Part shown: positions 18,383 through 28,602 of the stretch, in pieces
How the letters are laid out: each line of letters opens with the position of its first letter
Position numbering within the stretch: position 1 is the first letter of the stretch
Source of the DNA: Anaerolineae bacterium
GTDB taxonomy: Bacteria > Chloroflexota > Anaerolineae > UBA1429
Length of the DNA: 64,000 bases
Reading direction: 5' to 3'
Assembly (NCBI GenBank): GCA_963675785.1
Contig: OY776562.1
Coordinates: 1,984,001-2,048,000, forward strand
Notes under the pieces: model-generated
What the model was told of the DNA's origin: nothing
Database searches by the model: none
What the model saw: the letters and a program-made list of their open reading frames with translations, nothing else
Position numbers and translations under genes: made by a program

Positions 18383-18973
18383 CTACTTTAACTGTTTCCT
18401 TACGACAAGCCCTTTTTCAGTCTCTACAGATACATAAAAACCACTTTTTCTGTACATCTCAAAATGGCCACCAAAATCTGATGACTGATAACTGGATTCT
18501 TTGTAAGGGTATGCCTCTAAAAAGTCAAAGTCATCTTGGATCGCATCCTTACATACACGATCCAATAGCAGTGTGGCAATGCCTTTTCTTCTCATCTCCG
18601 GCGCAATCACAAAACAGAATATTGATTTCACCTTTATACTCGTGCCAGGTTCCTCTAAAGGCACATAATCCATAAATCTTTGCCAACTAGCGCACTCTAG
18701 GCAATCTGATTTCGTATTGGCGTTGCACCATCCCACAATCGTATCGTCATAATAAGCAAGATACCCTTGAATGTTATTGCCTCTGACATATTGTAGGGCG
18801 CACTCTCTTCTTTTTTCTGCTGTTGAAAAGTCTTTGCCCTCATAATCATCGTTACACCAACACACACAATAACATTTATGTTCATCCACATTGTTATCGT
18901 GTGGTGTAGTGTCAAAAAAATGCACGTAATCTTCTGCAAGGTCAGGCGTCAATTTACGTATTTCTATATCCAT
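18383..18973 (-). CDS. GNAT family N-acetyltransferase
   Basis: CYCVCW, VGWCNAN, IFCFVIAPEMRRKGIATLLL, EAYP; likely start MDIEIRKL at 18973. Confidence 0.88.
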   Translation of the reverse strand: MDIEIRKLTPDLAEDYVHFFDTTPHDNNVDEHKCYCVCWCNDDYEGKDFSTAEKRRECALQYVRGNNIQGYLAYYDDTIVGWCNANTKSDCLECASWQRFMDYVPLEEPGTSIKVKSIFCFVIAPEMRRKGIATLLLDRVCKDAIQDDFDFLEAYPYKESSYQSSDFGGHFEMYRKSGFYVSVETEKGLVVRKQLK

Positions 18974-19094
18974 TAGCTGCTTCCAACATATAGATTCTCT
19001 TCGTACCACGTCCCATACAAAATTCATTGTAACATAGCTTGAGATACAAAAAAAGACATACCCCCCCGCCCTTGGCGGAAAAAGTATGTCTTTC

Positions 19095-19171
19095 TGGCGG
19101 AAGCGACGGGAGTTGAACCCGCGATCTTCGGCTTGACAGGCCGACATGTTAGACCACTACACCACGCCTCC
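19095..19171 (-). tRNA. tRNA-Asp (GTC)
   Basis: GGAGGCGTGGTGTAGTGGTCTAACATGTCGGCCT-GTC-AAGCCGAAGATCGCGGGTTCAACTCCCGTCGCTTCCGCCA; cloverleaf with encoded CCA; downstream hairpin 19052-19093. Confidence 0.97.
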
Positions 19172-19287
19172 AATGTCTGCAATAATAGCATAGTGCCCCC
19201 CTTCTGGCAAATGACATACACGGCTCGCTTTTGCCAAGGCTGGCATGCATGATAGAATCCACCCAGAAGGAATCAGCAGGAGGCCAC

Positions 19288-21216
19288 ATGCCCACAACCA
19301 AACACCCCTCGCGCCTTGAACGCGTGCTGCTAGTCATCATCATGTTGGCAGCCCTGGGGTTGCGTATGGGCTGGCCCGGCAACAACAGCTTTTCTTTTGA
19401 CGAGGCCCGCATCAGCCAACTGGCGCTAGTGATGGCCCGTAACAGTGTGTTTGCCTGGGTGGGCATGCCCTCCTCCGCCGGGCTGCCCAACTTTCCGGCC
19501 ACCGTATGGCTGTTCAGTATCCCCTTTGCCATCAGCAGCAATCCGCTCTTTGCTACTCTGTGCGTAGGCCTGTTGAACGCCCTGGGCGTGCTGGCCCTGT
19601 GGTGGCTGGTACGAAAAAGCCTCTCGCCCACTGCCGGTTTGGTGGCCTCGGCCCTCATGGCCGCCTCGCCCTATTTGGTGTTCTACTCGCGCGGCATCTG
19701 GGCACAGGACCTTCTGGCGCCGCTGGCCATCTTTTGGGCCTGTGGCGTTGTAGTAGGTATTGCCGAGGGCAAAAACTGGGGGCTGGTGCTAGCCGTTTTT
19801 CTCACCGGATTCATCCCCCAGGTGCATTACGCCGGCATCGCTTTGCTGATACCCGCCATCTGGCTGTTTTTCCGTTTCAAGCTGTGGAAGCGCTGGCTGC
19901 CCCTGCTCATCGGCTTTGCGCTGGCCTGTGCCGCAGCAACGCCCTTTCTCTACACCATCTGGACCACGCCCGACCTGCGCACCAGCTTTTTCTCTCTGGG
20001 CGGGCAGGCTGCCATTTTCGATCTGACCGGCCTGAATCAACTCTTCCAGATGACCATTGGCCGCGGTTGGGAGGGGTTCTTGCTCGGCCAGGCCTGGGAT
20101 TGGTCCTCCCTGGTGGATTCGGGCCTCTGGGCCTCGTATGTCCTCATCGTCGCCCTTGCCGTTACTGGCCTGATCGGTTCAGTCATCCGCGCCTGGCAAA
20201 CCCGCCACGAACATTCGGCCGTGGCGGTACTGGCCAGCCTTACGCCAGTCTGGCTGCTCTCTGCGCCGCTTGTCTTTGCCTACCACAGCACGCCGGTTTA
20301 CCACCAGTATCAACTGGCAGCCCTGCCTGTCGTATTCGTCGCCTGTGCTTTTGCCATCGAATTGGTACAAAAGAAATGGCTCCGCTACACCTTGTTGGGG
20401 CTAGTCACCCTTTGTTTCAGTCTGCAAGTGGGTCTCTCTGCCTACAGCTTGAACATGGTCTCTCAGGAACTCACGCCTGGCGGTGTTGGCACCCCCCTAC
20501 TCTTTCCGCAGGCCGCCGCTGAGGCTTTGAAAGACGGTAGCGAGGTGGTCGTCCATGCCGCCGGTGATGACTCGGAATACTCGGGGGATGTGGCCGGTTT
20601 TGAGGTGTTGCTCTGGGATTATCCTCACCGCTTTGCGGATGGCCAATCGGTGCTCATCCTGCCCGAATCCGAGGATGCCCACCTCTTTTTCACCTTTGAG
20701 AGCCTGGCTGCCTATCAGCAAGCCCTAAATCTGGGGCTGGATAGTGAAATCACCACTTATCCTCGGCGAGCAGGTGAACCACCTTACGTGGCTATCTCCT
20801 ACAACGCCCTTTCTACAGAGGCCTACACTGCTGTAGAACCCGTAGCGCTGGCCAATGGCGCTGTGCTCCAGGGCTATCGGCTGGATCGTGTTGGTGAGCA
20901 GATGCGTATCACCACCATCTGGCACATCGAGGGTACTATAGCCGATGGCGATTATCACCAATTCCACCACCTCAAACTGGATTCAGCCGATAGCGAAACA
21001 ACCGAGATTCACGATGTAATCGTCTCTTCTCAGGCTTGGCAGCAGGGCGATACCGTCATCGTTTGGGCCGATTTTGCCGTACCCGAGGCCGATACATTTT
21101 ATGTCGACTTGGGCATGTACCTCTGGCCCGAACTCACCCGCAGCGATCGCCTGGACATGTCCGAAAATCCCAGCGCCCCCATCACACTCGGCCCACTGTC
21201 GCTCCCTGAGGAATAG
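19288..21216 (+). CDS. GT-C membrane glycosyltransferase (GT39/ArnT-like)
   Basis: FSFDEA luminal motif, SPYLVFYSRGIWAQ, many TM helices, C-terminal soluble domain (WQQGD...LGMY). Confidence 0.8.
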   Translation: MPTTKHPSRLERVLLVIIMLAALGLRMGWPGNNSFSFDEARISQLALVMARNSVFAWVGMPSSAGLPNFPATVWLFSIPFAISSNPLFATLCVGLLNALGVLALWWLVRKSLSPTAGLVASALMAASPYLVFYSRGIWAQDLLAPLAIFWACGVVVGIAEGKNWGLVLAVFLTGFIPQVHYAGIALLIPAIWLFFRFKLWKRWLPLLIGFALACAAATPFLYTIWTTPDLRTSFFSLGGQAAIFDLTGLNQLFQMTIGRGWEGFLLGQAWDWSSLVDSGLWASYVLIVALAVTGLIGSVIRAWQTRHEHSAVAVLASLTPVWLLSAPLVFAYHSTPVYHQYQLAALPVVFVACAFAIELVQKKWLRYTLLGLVTLCFSLQVGLSAYSLNMVSQELTPGGVGTPLLFPQAAAEALKDGSEVVVHAAGDDSEYSGDVAGFEVLLWDYPHRFADGQSVLILPESEDAHLFFTFESLAAYQQALNLGLDSEITTYPRRAGEPPYVAISYNALSTEAYTAVEPVALANGAVLQGYRLDRVGEQMRITTIWHIEGTIADGDYHQFHHLKLDSADSETTEIHDVIVSSQAWQQGDTVIVWADFAVPEADTFYVDLGMYLWPELTRSDRLDMSENPSAPITLGPLSLPEE

Positions 21217-21252
21217 AAAAACGGGGCCAGAGATTACTCTGGCCCCGTTTTT
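21217..21252. terminator. Bidirectional terminator
   Basis: AAAACGGGGCCAGAG-ATTA-CTCTGGCCCCGTTTTT. Confidence 0.85.
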
Positions 21253-21263
21253 ACATCCGTATC

Positions 21264-22307
21264 TCAGGCGATGCTGCACAAAGCCTTTTCGAGCTCGTCC
21301 GCAGCGCGAACCATATCCTCGCGCTCCACACCGTAATGCGTCACCGCGCGGAAAGTGCGCTCGTCGATGTCCATAATATGCACACCACGCTCATTCAAGC
21401 GAGCCACTACATCTGTAGCGCTGCATCCCTCGATTGTCAGCCCAAAACGCACCATATTGGTTTGCACCGTCGCCGGATCAATGGTCACGCCGGGCATGGC
21501 CAATACGCGCTCGGCCAAGTAGCAGGCATTGGCGTGATCGTCAGCCAGCCGCTCGACCATATTTTCGACAGCATATAGCGCCGCTGCCGCCAACACACCC
21601 GCCTGGCGCATACCGCCGCCCAACATCTTGCGGTTGCGAATGGCCTCATCGACAAAGGCCTGCGGGCCACAGACGATAGAGCCAACCGGTGCCGCCAGTC
21701 CTTTAGAGAAGCAAATCTGCACCGTATCCACCAGCGCGGTTAGCTCAGAGACCTGAACGCCCAGGGCAATAGCTGCATTGAAAATACGCGCACCATCGAG
21801 GTGAATCGGCAGGCCGTGCCGATCGGCCACCTCGCGAATGGCTGCCATCTGCTCAACCGAAAGCACCACACCGCCGCAACGGTTGTGGGTGTTCTCCAGG
21901 CAGATCAAAGAGGTACGCGGGAAATGCACATTCGGCACACGCACAGCGCGTTCTACTTCAACCGGGTCCATGGTGCCATCGGGCTGGTTCAACACGGTGT
22001 GTACATGCACACCGCCCAGCGCCGAAGAACCACCACCCTCATACCAGAACGTATGCGATTGACTGCCCATGATGGCCTCAGTACCGCGGCCGCAATGGGT
22101 CAGAATGGAGACCAGGTTGCCCATGGTGCCGCTGGGCACAAAAAGCGCCGCCTCTTTGCCGGTCAGTTCGGCCATACGCGCTTGTAGGCGGTTCATGGTG
22201 GGATCTTCGCCGTAAACGTCGTCGCCCACTTCGGCTTCATACATCGCGCGGCGCATCTCTGGAGAAGGTTTCGTTACCGTATCGCTGCGCAAATCAATAT
22301 CCAACAC
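21264..22307 (-). CDS. ltaE: Low-specificity L-threonine aldolase
   Basis: DLRSDTVTKP, GDDVYGEDPT, ENTHN, HLDGARIFNA, CFSKGL; GTG after GGAGG. Confidence 0.95.
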   Translation of the reverse strand: MLDIDLRSDTVTKPSPEMRRAMYEAEVGDDVYGEDPTMNRLQARMAELTGKEAALFVPSGTMGNLVSILTHCGRGTEAIMGSQSHTFWYEGGGSSALGGVHVHTVLNQPDGTMDPVEVERAVRVPNVHFPRTSLICLENTHNRCGGVVLSVEQMAAIREVADRHGLPIHLDGARIFNAAIALGVQVSELTALVDTVQICFSKGLAAPVGSIVCGPQAFVDEAIRNRKMLGGGMRQAGVLAAAALYAVENMVERLADDHANACYLAERVLAMPGVTIDPATVQTNMVRFGLTIEGCSATDVVARLNERGVHIMDIDERTFRAVTHYGVEREDMVRAADELEKALCSIA

Positions 22308-22435
22308 CGCGTCCTCCGATCTAAAACCAACGAAATGGCTGCCGCGCTGCAAGCCAAGCCAATAGTATCCCTGGTGTGATACGCCCGCAGCCAACATTCG
22401 TCAAATATCCGCCTGATGGGATGCGCTAACAGGAC

Positions 22436-23758
22436 CTATTCGCTGCGCGCATATCCAAGAAACAGCACATCATCAGCCTGTACGTTCACCACCAACCGTT
22501 CACCCATCTGATACCTGTCGGAGGTCCAAATACTCTTGAGAGCGTACCTTCGCCCCCCACCAAGGCCCAGCATCCGCCGAGAAAGCGCCAGCGTGAGCAG
22601 TTTGTCGCTACGGTTAAAGATACCAATCCAGCCGGCATCGTCCTGTACTTTATCGGGGGTCATCCACACTTCCCAACCGACCGAGCTGTAGGTTTGCCTC
22701 CCCATAATGCCATTTTGGTTGCAGGCCAACATATCCGCATTGGTAAGCAGGGCATAGTCCTCATCGGGCGTCTCGGGCAAATGGCCGCCCATCATCAATG
22801 GCGATGCCGCCAGTGCCCGTTGGGTCATCACCGTACGCTTTTGCGCTGGCGTTAATTCGGATTGTCGTGCTGAACCCAGGCCATAGAGCAGGCTGGCGTC
22901 TTCATGCTTGCCCTCTGGTTCAGTACGCCAAATGCTCAATTTACCCAAGGGGATGATATCCAGATCGGGCCAAAACCCCTCACATTGTATGCCCTGAAAG
23001 AGATACCAAGAATCGAACACCGGCCCGATGTACCTCGATTCATCCCACATATCATCGGTGATGCGCACCATTGTGCCGCGCTGGTAGGTCTCCAGATCGC
23101 GAAAACACATGCGCCCACCCGGCGAAAGGCTCAACACGATGGGCCGCTCGGCTTTATCGACAGCGTCGGCAATGGCGTTCAGCTCACGGGGGTGCGGCAC
23201 CAAGTCGTCCGCCTTGAGAAAATCGACGCCCCATTCGGCTAACAAAGCAATGACACTGTTGTAATAGGCCTGTGCGCCGGACCGATCCATGTCGACACCA
23301 TAGTTGTAACTGCACCAGCGGCAGGTGTTCTCCAGATCGGCGATATCGCGAGCGTGATAGGGTGTACCATAGATGGGCATATTCTCGGCCACCGCCCGAC
23401 GCGGAATGCCCCGCATGAGGTGAATGCCGAATTTGATGCCCAGCTCATGCGCACGAGCGATAATCGGCTCCAGGCCGTTGGGGAAGCTCACCCTGGCCGG
23501 TAAATAGCGGCCATAGCTATCGATGTGCGTTGGCACAACCTGGCCGTCAGCAGGAAATTCGTGGCCAGCCGTGACAGTATACTCACTATACCATCCAATA
23601 TCGAGGACAAAGTACTCATAGCCAAACGGTCTGAGCCTCTCGGCAAAGGCCTCCAAGTTCTCTAGCAATCTGCGCTCGTTGGCCACGGCCCCAAGGCAGT
23701 CATAACTGTTCCAGCCCAATGGCGGTGCACTTAGTACAGTCTTTAGCCCTTTTGGCAT
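22436..23758 (-). CDS. Glycoside hydrolase family 27 (alpha-galactosidase-like)
   Basis: PPLGWNSYD, VLDIGWY, WGVDFLKAD, WPDLD. Confidence 0.9.
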   Translation of the reverse strand: MPKGLKTVLSAPPLGWNSYDCLGAVANERRLLENLEAFAERLRPFGYEYFVLDIGWYSEYTVTAGHEFPADGQVVPTHIDSYGRYLPARVSFPNGLEPIIARAHELGIKFGIHLMRGIPRRAVAENMPIYGTPYHARDIADLENTCRWCSYNYGVDMDRSGAQAYYNSVIALLAEWGVDFLKADDLVPHPRELNAIADAVDKAERPIVLSLSPGGRMCFRDLETYQRGTMVRITDDMWDESRYIGPVFDSWYLFQGIQCEGFWPDLDIIPLGKLSIWRTEPEGKHEDASLLYGLGSARQSELTPAQKRTVMTQRALAASPLMMGGHLPETPDEDYALLTNADMLACNQNGIMGRQTYSSVGWEVWMTPDKVQDDAGWIGIFNRSDKLLTLALSRRMLGLGGGRRYALKSIWTSDRYQMGERLVVNVQADDVLFLGYARSE

Positions 23759-23952
23759 TGTTCGCTCCTGCATCTTGTTCAATGGCGCACCAAGATTCGT
23801 GGCGCATCTTTCGACAATAGGAATAGCCCGCCGCACGACACATGACAACCGCCAAAAATGTACCACACCAGAATTCGCCTATCTGTTTACATGGCTCTGC
23901 AGTGATTACTAAATCCTATTCCAGGCCATCAGCGGCAGTCAAGAAACTTGTT

Positions 23953-24864
23953 TTATTTCATGCGACGCAAGCGGAGAAGAACGCTTTCGAGGTCGGCAGG
24001 CAGCTCGCTTTTGAGGTCGATGCGCTCGCCTGTTATGGGATGTTCAAAAGCCAAGTGCCAGGCGTGCAAAAACTGTCGGCCAATGCCCAATCGATCCCGC
24101 TTGAAACCATACGTCGCATCGCCAGCCACGGGGAAATTGATCGAGGCAAAATGCACACGAATCTGGTGGGTTCGGCCCGTGAGCAAATCAGCCTCCACCA
24201 AACAGTATTCGCCGAGGTATTCGCGAACGCGGTATTCAGTGCGAGCCGGACGCCCCTCTGGAGAGACCTTCATTCGCTGGCGCTGCAACGGATCGCGCAT
24301 AATGGGGGCCTCGATGGCACCGCGCTCTGGTGAAATACCGCCGCAAAGCAACGCCAAATATTGTTTGACGACCCGCCTTGCCTTGAAAGCAGCGAGAAGC
24401 CCTTCCTGGGCCTCTCGCGTACAGGCCAACACCATCAAACCGGTGGTATCACGGTCGAGGCGGTGGACGATACCCGGCCGAGAGGGGTCTACGTCAGCAG
24501 CAATGGCCTCAGGGTGATAGGCCAGGAGCGCATCTACCACTGTAGGGCCGCGATAACCCGCCGCATCATGAACCACCAATCCGGCCTGCTTGTTGATGAC
24601 CAACAAGTGCTCATCTTCATAGCGAACATCGAGTGGTGGTGGCGGGGCGACAGATTCTTGTTCTTCTGGCGGGAAGGACACCTCAATCTCGTCATCGACG
24701 GACACTTCTGTCCGATTGGTAACTGCCTCGCCATTCAATGTCACAGCACCAGCCAAAATTAACCGCTGAACCTGAGAACGTGAATAGCCAGGGAGCACAT
24801 CCGCCAAATAACGATCCAAGCGCTGAGCCTTTTCAGTGGCGGTAATGCGCAGGGTTTCGGTCAT
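23953..24864 (-). CDS. rluD: RluA family 23S rRNA pseudouridine synthase
   Basis: S4 domain RLDRYL; GIVHRLDRDTTG; TGRTHQIRVH. Confidence 0.9.
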   Translation of the reverse strand: MTETLRITATEKAQRLDRYLADVLPGYSRSQVQRLILAGAVTLNGEAVTNRTEVSVDDEIEVSFPPEEQESVAPPPPLDVRYEDEHLLVINKQAGLVVHDAAGYRGPTVVDALLAYHPEAIAADVDPSRPGIVHRLDRDTTGLMVLACTREAQEGLLAAFKARRVVKQYLALLCGGISPERGAIEAPIMRDPLQRQRMKVSPEGRPARTEYRVREYLGEYCLVEADLLTGRTHQIRVHFASINFPVAGDATYGFKRDRLGIGRQFLHAWHLAFEHPITGERIDLKSELPADLESVLLRLRRMK

Positions 24865-25412
24865 GCGTCCGATGATCCCAGATCATCGTGCGGCATAGTC
24901 TCATTCTCAGCTGCAACCTGTTTCGTTTCGTGCTCTTCCGGCGGCGCCAGAAAAAGGATATACACCGCCAAGAGTATGGTGCCAATGACAATGCTGCTAT
25001 CGGCCACGTTAAAGACGGGCCACCAGCGCAGATTGACAAAATCGGTCACAAAGCCGCGAGCGATGCGGTCGATAAGGTTGCCCGTAGAACCAGCCAGCAT
25101 AAGGCCCAATGAAATGACCATAATGGCGGGAATCTCTTTTTGCTGACGGAAAAAGACAACGATAAAGCCAACCACCACAACTGCCACAATTGCCAATACG
25201 ATGCTACCCCCCTGGAACAAGCCAAAAGCAGCGCCTGTATTCTGAACATAGGTCAGCGTAACAAAACGATCGAGCCAGGCGATGGGCATGTAATCAACGT
25301 ACGCTGTCAGATTGGCACGCACCAGAGATTTTGTGTATTGATCCAGTGTAATAATAACCAGGGCAATGACGACAAGCCAGATAGTGGCCTGAATTTTGCG
25401 TGACTTTGACAT
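24861..25412 (-). CDS. lspA: Signal peptidase II
   Basis: DQYTK, NTGAAFG, GNLIDR, VTDF, FNVAD. Confidence 0.96.
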   Translation of the reverse strand: MSKSRKIQATIWLVVIALVIITLDQYTKSLVRANLTAYVDYMPIAWLDRFVTLTYVQNTGAAFGLFQGGSIVLAIVAVVVVGFIVVFFRQQKEIPAIMVISLGLMLAGSTGNLIDRIARGFVTDFVNLRWWPVFNVADSSIVIGTILLAVYILFLAPPEEHETKQVAAENETMPHDDLGSSDA

Positions 25413-25608
25413 ATTCCTCCCCTAAGGTAGATACAACACGATCATTCTATGCCAAGCTTACAATGCGGGCAACCTATGCCACTCTTTGCCCCTGTGCAAA
25501 AGTGTGCTATTCTTCTGAGATAGTACAAAGGTGTAACTATGAGCGGGCGCACACGGCATATTCTGTCGAGCGCCCGTATTGTTCAGCTTCTTATGGACGG
25601 GGGAAGCG

Positions 25609-27375
25609 ATGTACAAAACACACACTTGCGGCCAGTTGCGCCTTTCGGACGCTGGCAGCACCGTAACACTGGCTGGTTGGGTACACAGGCGCCGGGACCA
25701 TGGCAATCTCATTTTCATAGACCTTCGCGATCGTTGGGGTCTGACACAGATCGTTTTCAACCCTGATACCAATCCTGATGCGCACAGTGTGGCTCAGTCT
25801 GTGCGCAACGAGTACGTCATCCAGGTGACCGGTATTGTCAACGCCCGTCCAGAGGGCCTATCCAATAATAATCTCGATACCGGCGACATCGAAGTTATCG
25901 TACAGACCATCCATATCTTGAACGAATCCAAGACGCCTGTCTTTTATATCAACGAAGAAAGCGACGTTGACGAATCGCTACGCCTCAAGTATCGCTATCT
26001 CGATCTGCGCCGCCCCCGGATGCAGCATAACCTTGTGCTGCGACATCAGGTATGCGCGGGCATTCGCAACTATTTGAACGACAATGATTTCGTCGAAATC
26101 GAGACACCTATCCTCATCAAGAGCACCCCTGAAGGCGCTCGTGACTATGTGGTGCCCAGCAGATTGCATGAAGGCAAATTCTACGCCTTGCCACAATCGC
26201 CACAGCAACTCAAGCAATTGCTCATGGTAGCTGGTTTCGAGCGTTATTATCAGATCGCCCGCTGCTTCCGCGATGAAGATCAGCGCGCTGATCGTCAGCC
26301 TGAGTTCACCCAGCTCGACTTGGAGATGTCCTTCATCGAGCAAGAGGACATTTTGCAGCTCATGGAACCCATGTTTGTCAAGCTGGTCGAGTTGATCCCG
26401 GAAAAGCATATCAGGCAAGTGCCTTTCCCGCGATTCACCTATGACGAAGCAATGGATCGTTATGGTTCGGACAAGCCGGATATTCGTTTTGAGATGTTCC
26501 TCATCGACCTCTCGGAGCTCGTTGCCGACTGTGGATTCCGCGTCTTTAGTGAAGCCGTCGCCACAGGCGGGCAGGTCAAAGCTATTTGTGTGCCCGGTTG
26601 CGCTGATTATACCCGGCGCCAATTGGACGAGTTGACCGAAATCACCAAGACCTACGGTGCCAAGGGTATGGCCTGGGCCGCAGTAAATGATGAGGGTGTA
26701 CGTTCTTCGATCACCAAGTTTTTCTCTGAAGAAGAGATGGCCACTATTCTAGAGCGCGTCGGCGCTTTAACAGGTGACCTAGTGCTCTTTGTAGCCGATA
26801 CCAAGATGGTGGTAGCCGCAGCCCTGGGCGGCTTGCGCAGTGAGATGGGCAAGCGGCTCCATTTAACAGAAAAAGATGAATTAGCCTTTGCCTGGGTGAC
26901 CGACTTTCCACTGCTGGAATGGAACGAGGAAGAGGGGCGCTATACGGCCATGCACCATCCCTTTACTTCACCAGCCGATACGGATGTCGAGTTATTGACC
27001 ACCGATCCTGGCAAGACCAAAGCCAAAGCTTATGACATTGTGGCGAACGGCTATGAAGTGGGCGGCGGGAGCATCCGTATCTACCGTCGCGAGGTACAAC
27101 GCGCCATGTTTCGGGCTATCGGCATTGATGATGTTCAGGCTCAAGAGCAGTTTGGGCACATGCTGGAAGCCTTTGAGTACGGCGCACCGCCCCACGGCGG
27201 CATTGCTCTCGGCCTGGATCGTTTGGTTATGCTCCTCGCCGGTGAGCCCAATATCCGCGAGGTTTTGGCCTTTCCCAAAACACAAAGTGCTGTTGACTTG
27301 ATGACTCAGGCGCCATCGAGCATCTCGGAACGCCAGCTAAAGGATCTGCACATCAAGCTCGACCTCGACGACTAA
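25609..27375 (+). CDS. aspS: Aspartate--tRNA ligase (probably non-discriminating)
   Basis: [38 protein letters not shown]. Confidence 0.98.
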   Translation: MYKTHTCGQLRLSDAGSTVTLAGWVHRRRDHGNLIFIDLRDRWGLTQIVFNPDTNPDAHSVAQSVRNEYVIQVTGIVNARPEGLSNNNLDTGDIEVIVQTIHILNESKTPVFYINEESDVDESLRLKYRYLDLRRPRMQHNLVLRHQVCAGIRNYLNDNDFVEIETPILIKSTPEGARDYVVPSRLHEGKFYALPQSPQQLKQLLMVAGFERYYQIARCFRDEDQRADRQPEFTQLDLEMSFIEQEDILQLMEPMFVKLVELIPEKHIRQVPFPRFTYDEAMDRYGSDKPDIRFEMFLIDLSELVADCGFRVFSEAVATGGQVKAICVPGCADYTRRQLDELTEITKTYGAKGMAWAAVNDEGVRSSITKFFSEEEMATILERVGALTGDLVLFVADTKMVVAAALGGLRSEMGKRLHLTEKDELAFAWVTDFPLLEWNEEEGRYTAMHHPFTSPADTDVELLTTDPGKTKAKAYDIVANGYEVGGGSIRIYRREVQRAMFRAIGIDDVQAQEQFGHMLEAFEYGAPPHGGIALGLDRLVMLLAGEPNIREVLAFPKTQSAVDLMTQAPSSISERQLKDLHIKLDLDD

Positions 27376-27386
27376 GTAAAACGACA

Positions 27387-27416
27387 GAGGGGCATCCTTA
27401 CGGATGCCCCTTTTTG
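27387..27416 (+). terminator. Intrinsic terminator after aspS
   Basis: AGAGGGGCATCC-TTAC-GGATGCCCCTTTTT. Confidence 0.85.
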
Positions 27417-27485
27417 TTGCTCACACATAGGCTGCAAAATGGAACGAATGTTTTGTGTCCATGGCGGCTTGTGGTATCCTTACGG

Positions 27486-27652
27486 CGTAATCCCTACCAT
27501 GTACGTGATCTTCTGTTGTTTTGAGCTGCTTTTTTGGTCTAGGGAGCCGGGGATTGCGGCCGCTTTTCGGGCTATCGCCCTGAGCGACCCACAGGCACCC
27601 ACCTGCATTCGCAGGTTCAAGACCCTGGAGACACGGCAAGGTGGGGATTACG
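27486..27652 (+). ncRNA. ssrS: 6S RNA
   Basis: Terminal stem CGTAATCCCTACC/GGTGGGGATTACG; 6S-like motifs AGGGAGC, CACCCACCTGC, GGTTCAA, ACGGCA; about 167 nt; extended -10 TGgTATCCT just upstream; position after aspS as in B. subtilis bsrA. Confidence 0.8.
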
Positions 27653-27656
27653 TATG

Positions 27657-28490
27657 CTAGGGTGTTGTGTTGCCTAGAATTTCCTCTCGGATTTCCCTCA
27701 GAGCTTCTTGACTTGCCTCTGTTCCAGTCGTACATCTTTGCAGACAAGTAACAAAGGCCCCCATCATTGCCGTTAACACGCTATCAGCCGTTGCAGGATC
27801 TGGATCGACAAGTGTACATGCCAAAGCAAGCTCGGCATAACGCGCACAGGGAGCCAATGGTGAAAGCGCCAGACAAAGCGTACGCGCACCTCTCGCATTA
27901 GCTGCTTTTATCACCTTTGCGACCATGCTACAATCCGTTGTAGATGAAAGACAAAGAACGAGCAGCCCTTCGTTGGCCCGTGCGATTCTGGCATAGAGCG
28001 TCGGAGAATCGATGGGCGGCGAGAATACAGGCTTGCCCAACATGCTAAGATGATTAGCAAGCAGTCTGGCATGGCCAAAAGAGGCCCCCTGAGAAACGAC
28101 CAAAACCTGCTCGGCCGATTGCACCATATTGCAGGCTTTTTCGATTGCCTCTGCGGGAATCTGGCTGGCAACACGGCGCAACAGCACCGATTGCTGCAGC
28201 AAAGCCTCACTGAACAGACTCGCTTTGGTCTGACAGCCTGTGGTTGATGCTGAGGCATCAAGATCTTGCAGGACAATGGTACGCACATCTTCGACCAGGT
28301 CTGGGTAGCCAGGATAGCCTAGTCTCTGTGCAAAACGAATAACTGTCGCTTCATTCACATCGACATTTTGCGCAAGTTCTGAAGCTGTCATGAATGCCAC
28401 ATCGTGATATGATGAGACAATATAGTCAGCCAGCCGCATCTGACTCTTGGTGAGTTCTGGATACAGCTGCCTGATGCGTTCAAGAATCAT
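27657..28490 (-). CDS. MurR/RpiR family transcriptional regulator
   Basis: LTKSQMRLADYI...TASELA...EATVIRFAQRLGYPGY HTH plus SIS domain. Confidence 0.9.
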   Translation of the reverse strand: MILERIRQLYPELTKSQMRLADYIVSSYHDVAFMTASELAQNVDVNEATVIRFAQRLGYPGYPDLVEDVRTIVLQDLDASASTTGCQTKASLFSEALLQQSVLLRRVASQIPAEAIEKACNMVQSAEQVLVVSQGASFGHARLLANHLSMLGKPVFSPPIDSPTLYARIARANEGLLVLCLSSTTDCSMVAKVIKAANARGARTLCLALSPLAPCARYAELALACTLVDPDPATADSVLTAMMGAFVTCLQRCTTGTEASQEALREIREEILGNTTP

Positions 28491-28602
28491 CGAGTTCCCC
28501 CCTATTTCTAAGCATCGATGATGAACCATCCATTCGGCATAATGCTTGACATTGATAATGTGGTATGTTATTCTCTCGTCTCTCAAAGGTTCCGAGAGTG
28601 AG

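Noticed and set aside
5687-18973. Integron cassette array
   Set aside because: Gene families fit, but there is no intI and no recurring RYYYAAC...GTTRRRY sites between the genes; several genes have their own promoters
18974-19147. N-terminal extension of the 254-aa GNAT ORF and ORF 19024-19221
   Set aside because: They overlap the tRNA-Asp and its terminator; the real start is likely 18973
25440-25608. T-box leaders before aspS (and before tyrS at 62936-63045)
   Set aside because: The intergenic regions are too short and lack the AAGGTGGCACC-type motif; only a CGGGCGC/GCGCCCG hairpin is present before aspS
27421-27747. ORFs 27421-27747(-) and 27439-27660(+)
   Set aside because: They overlap the 6S RNA and show no protein features
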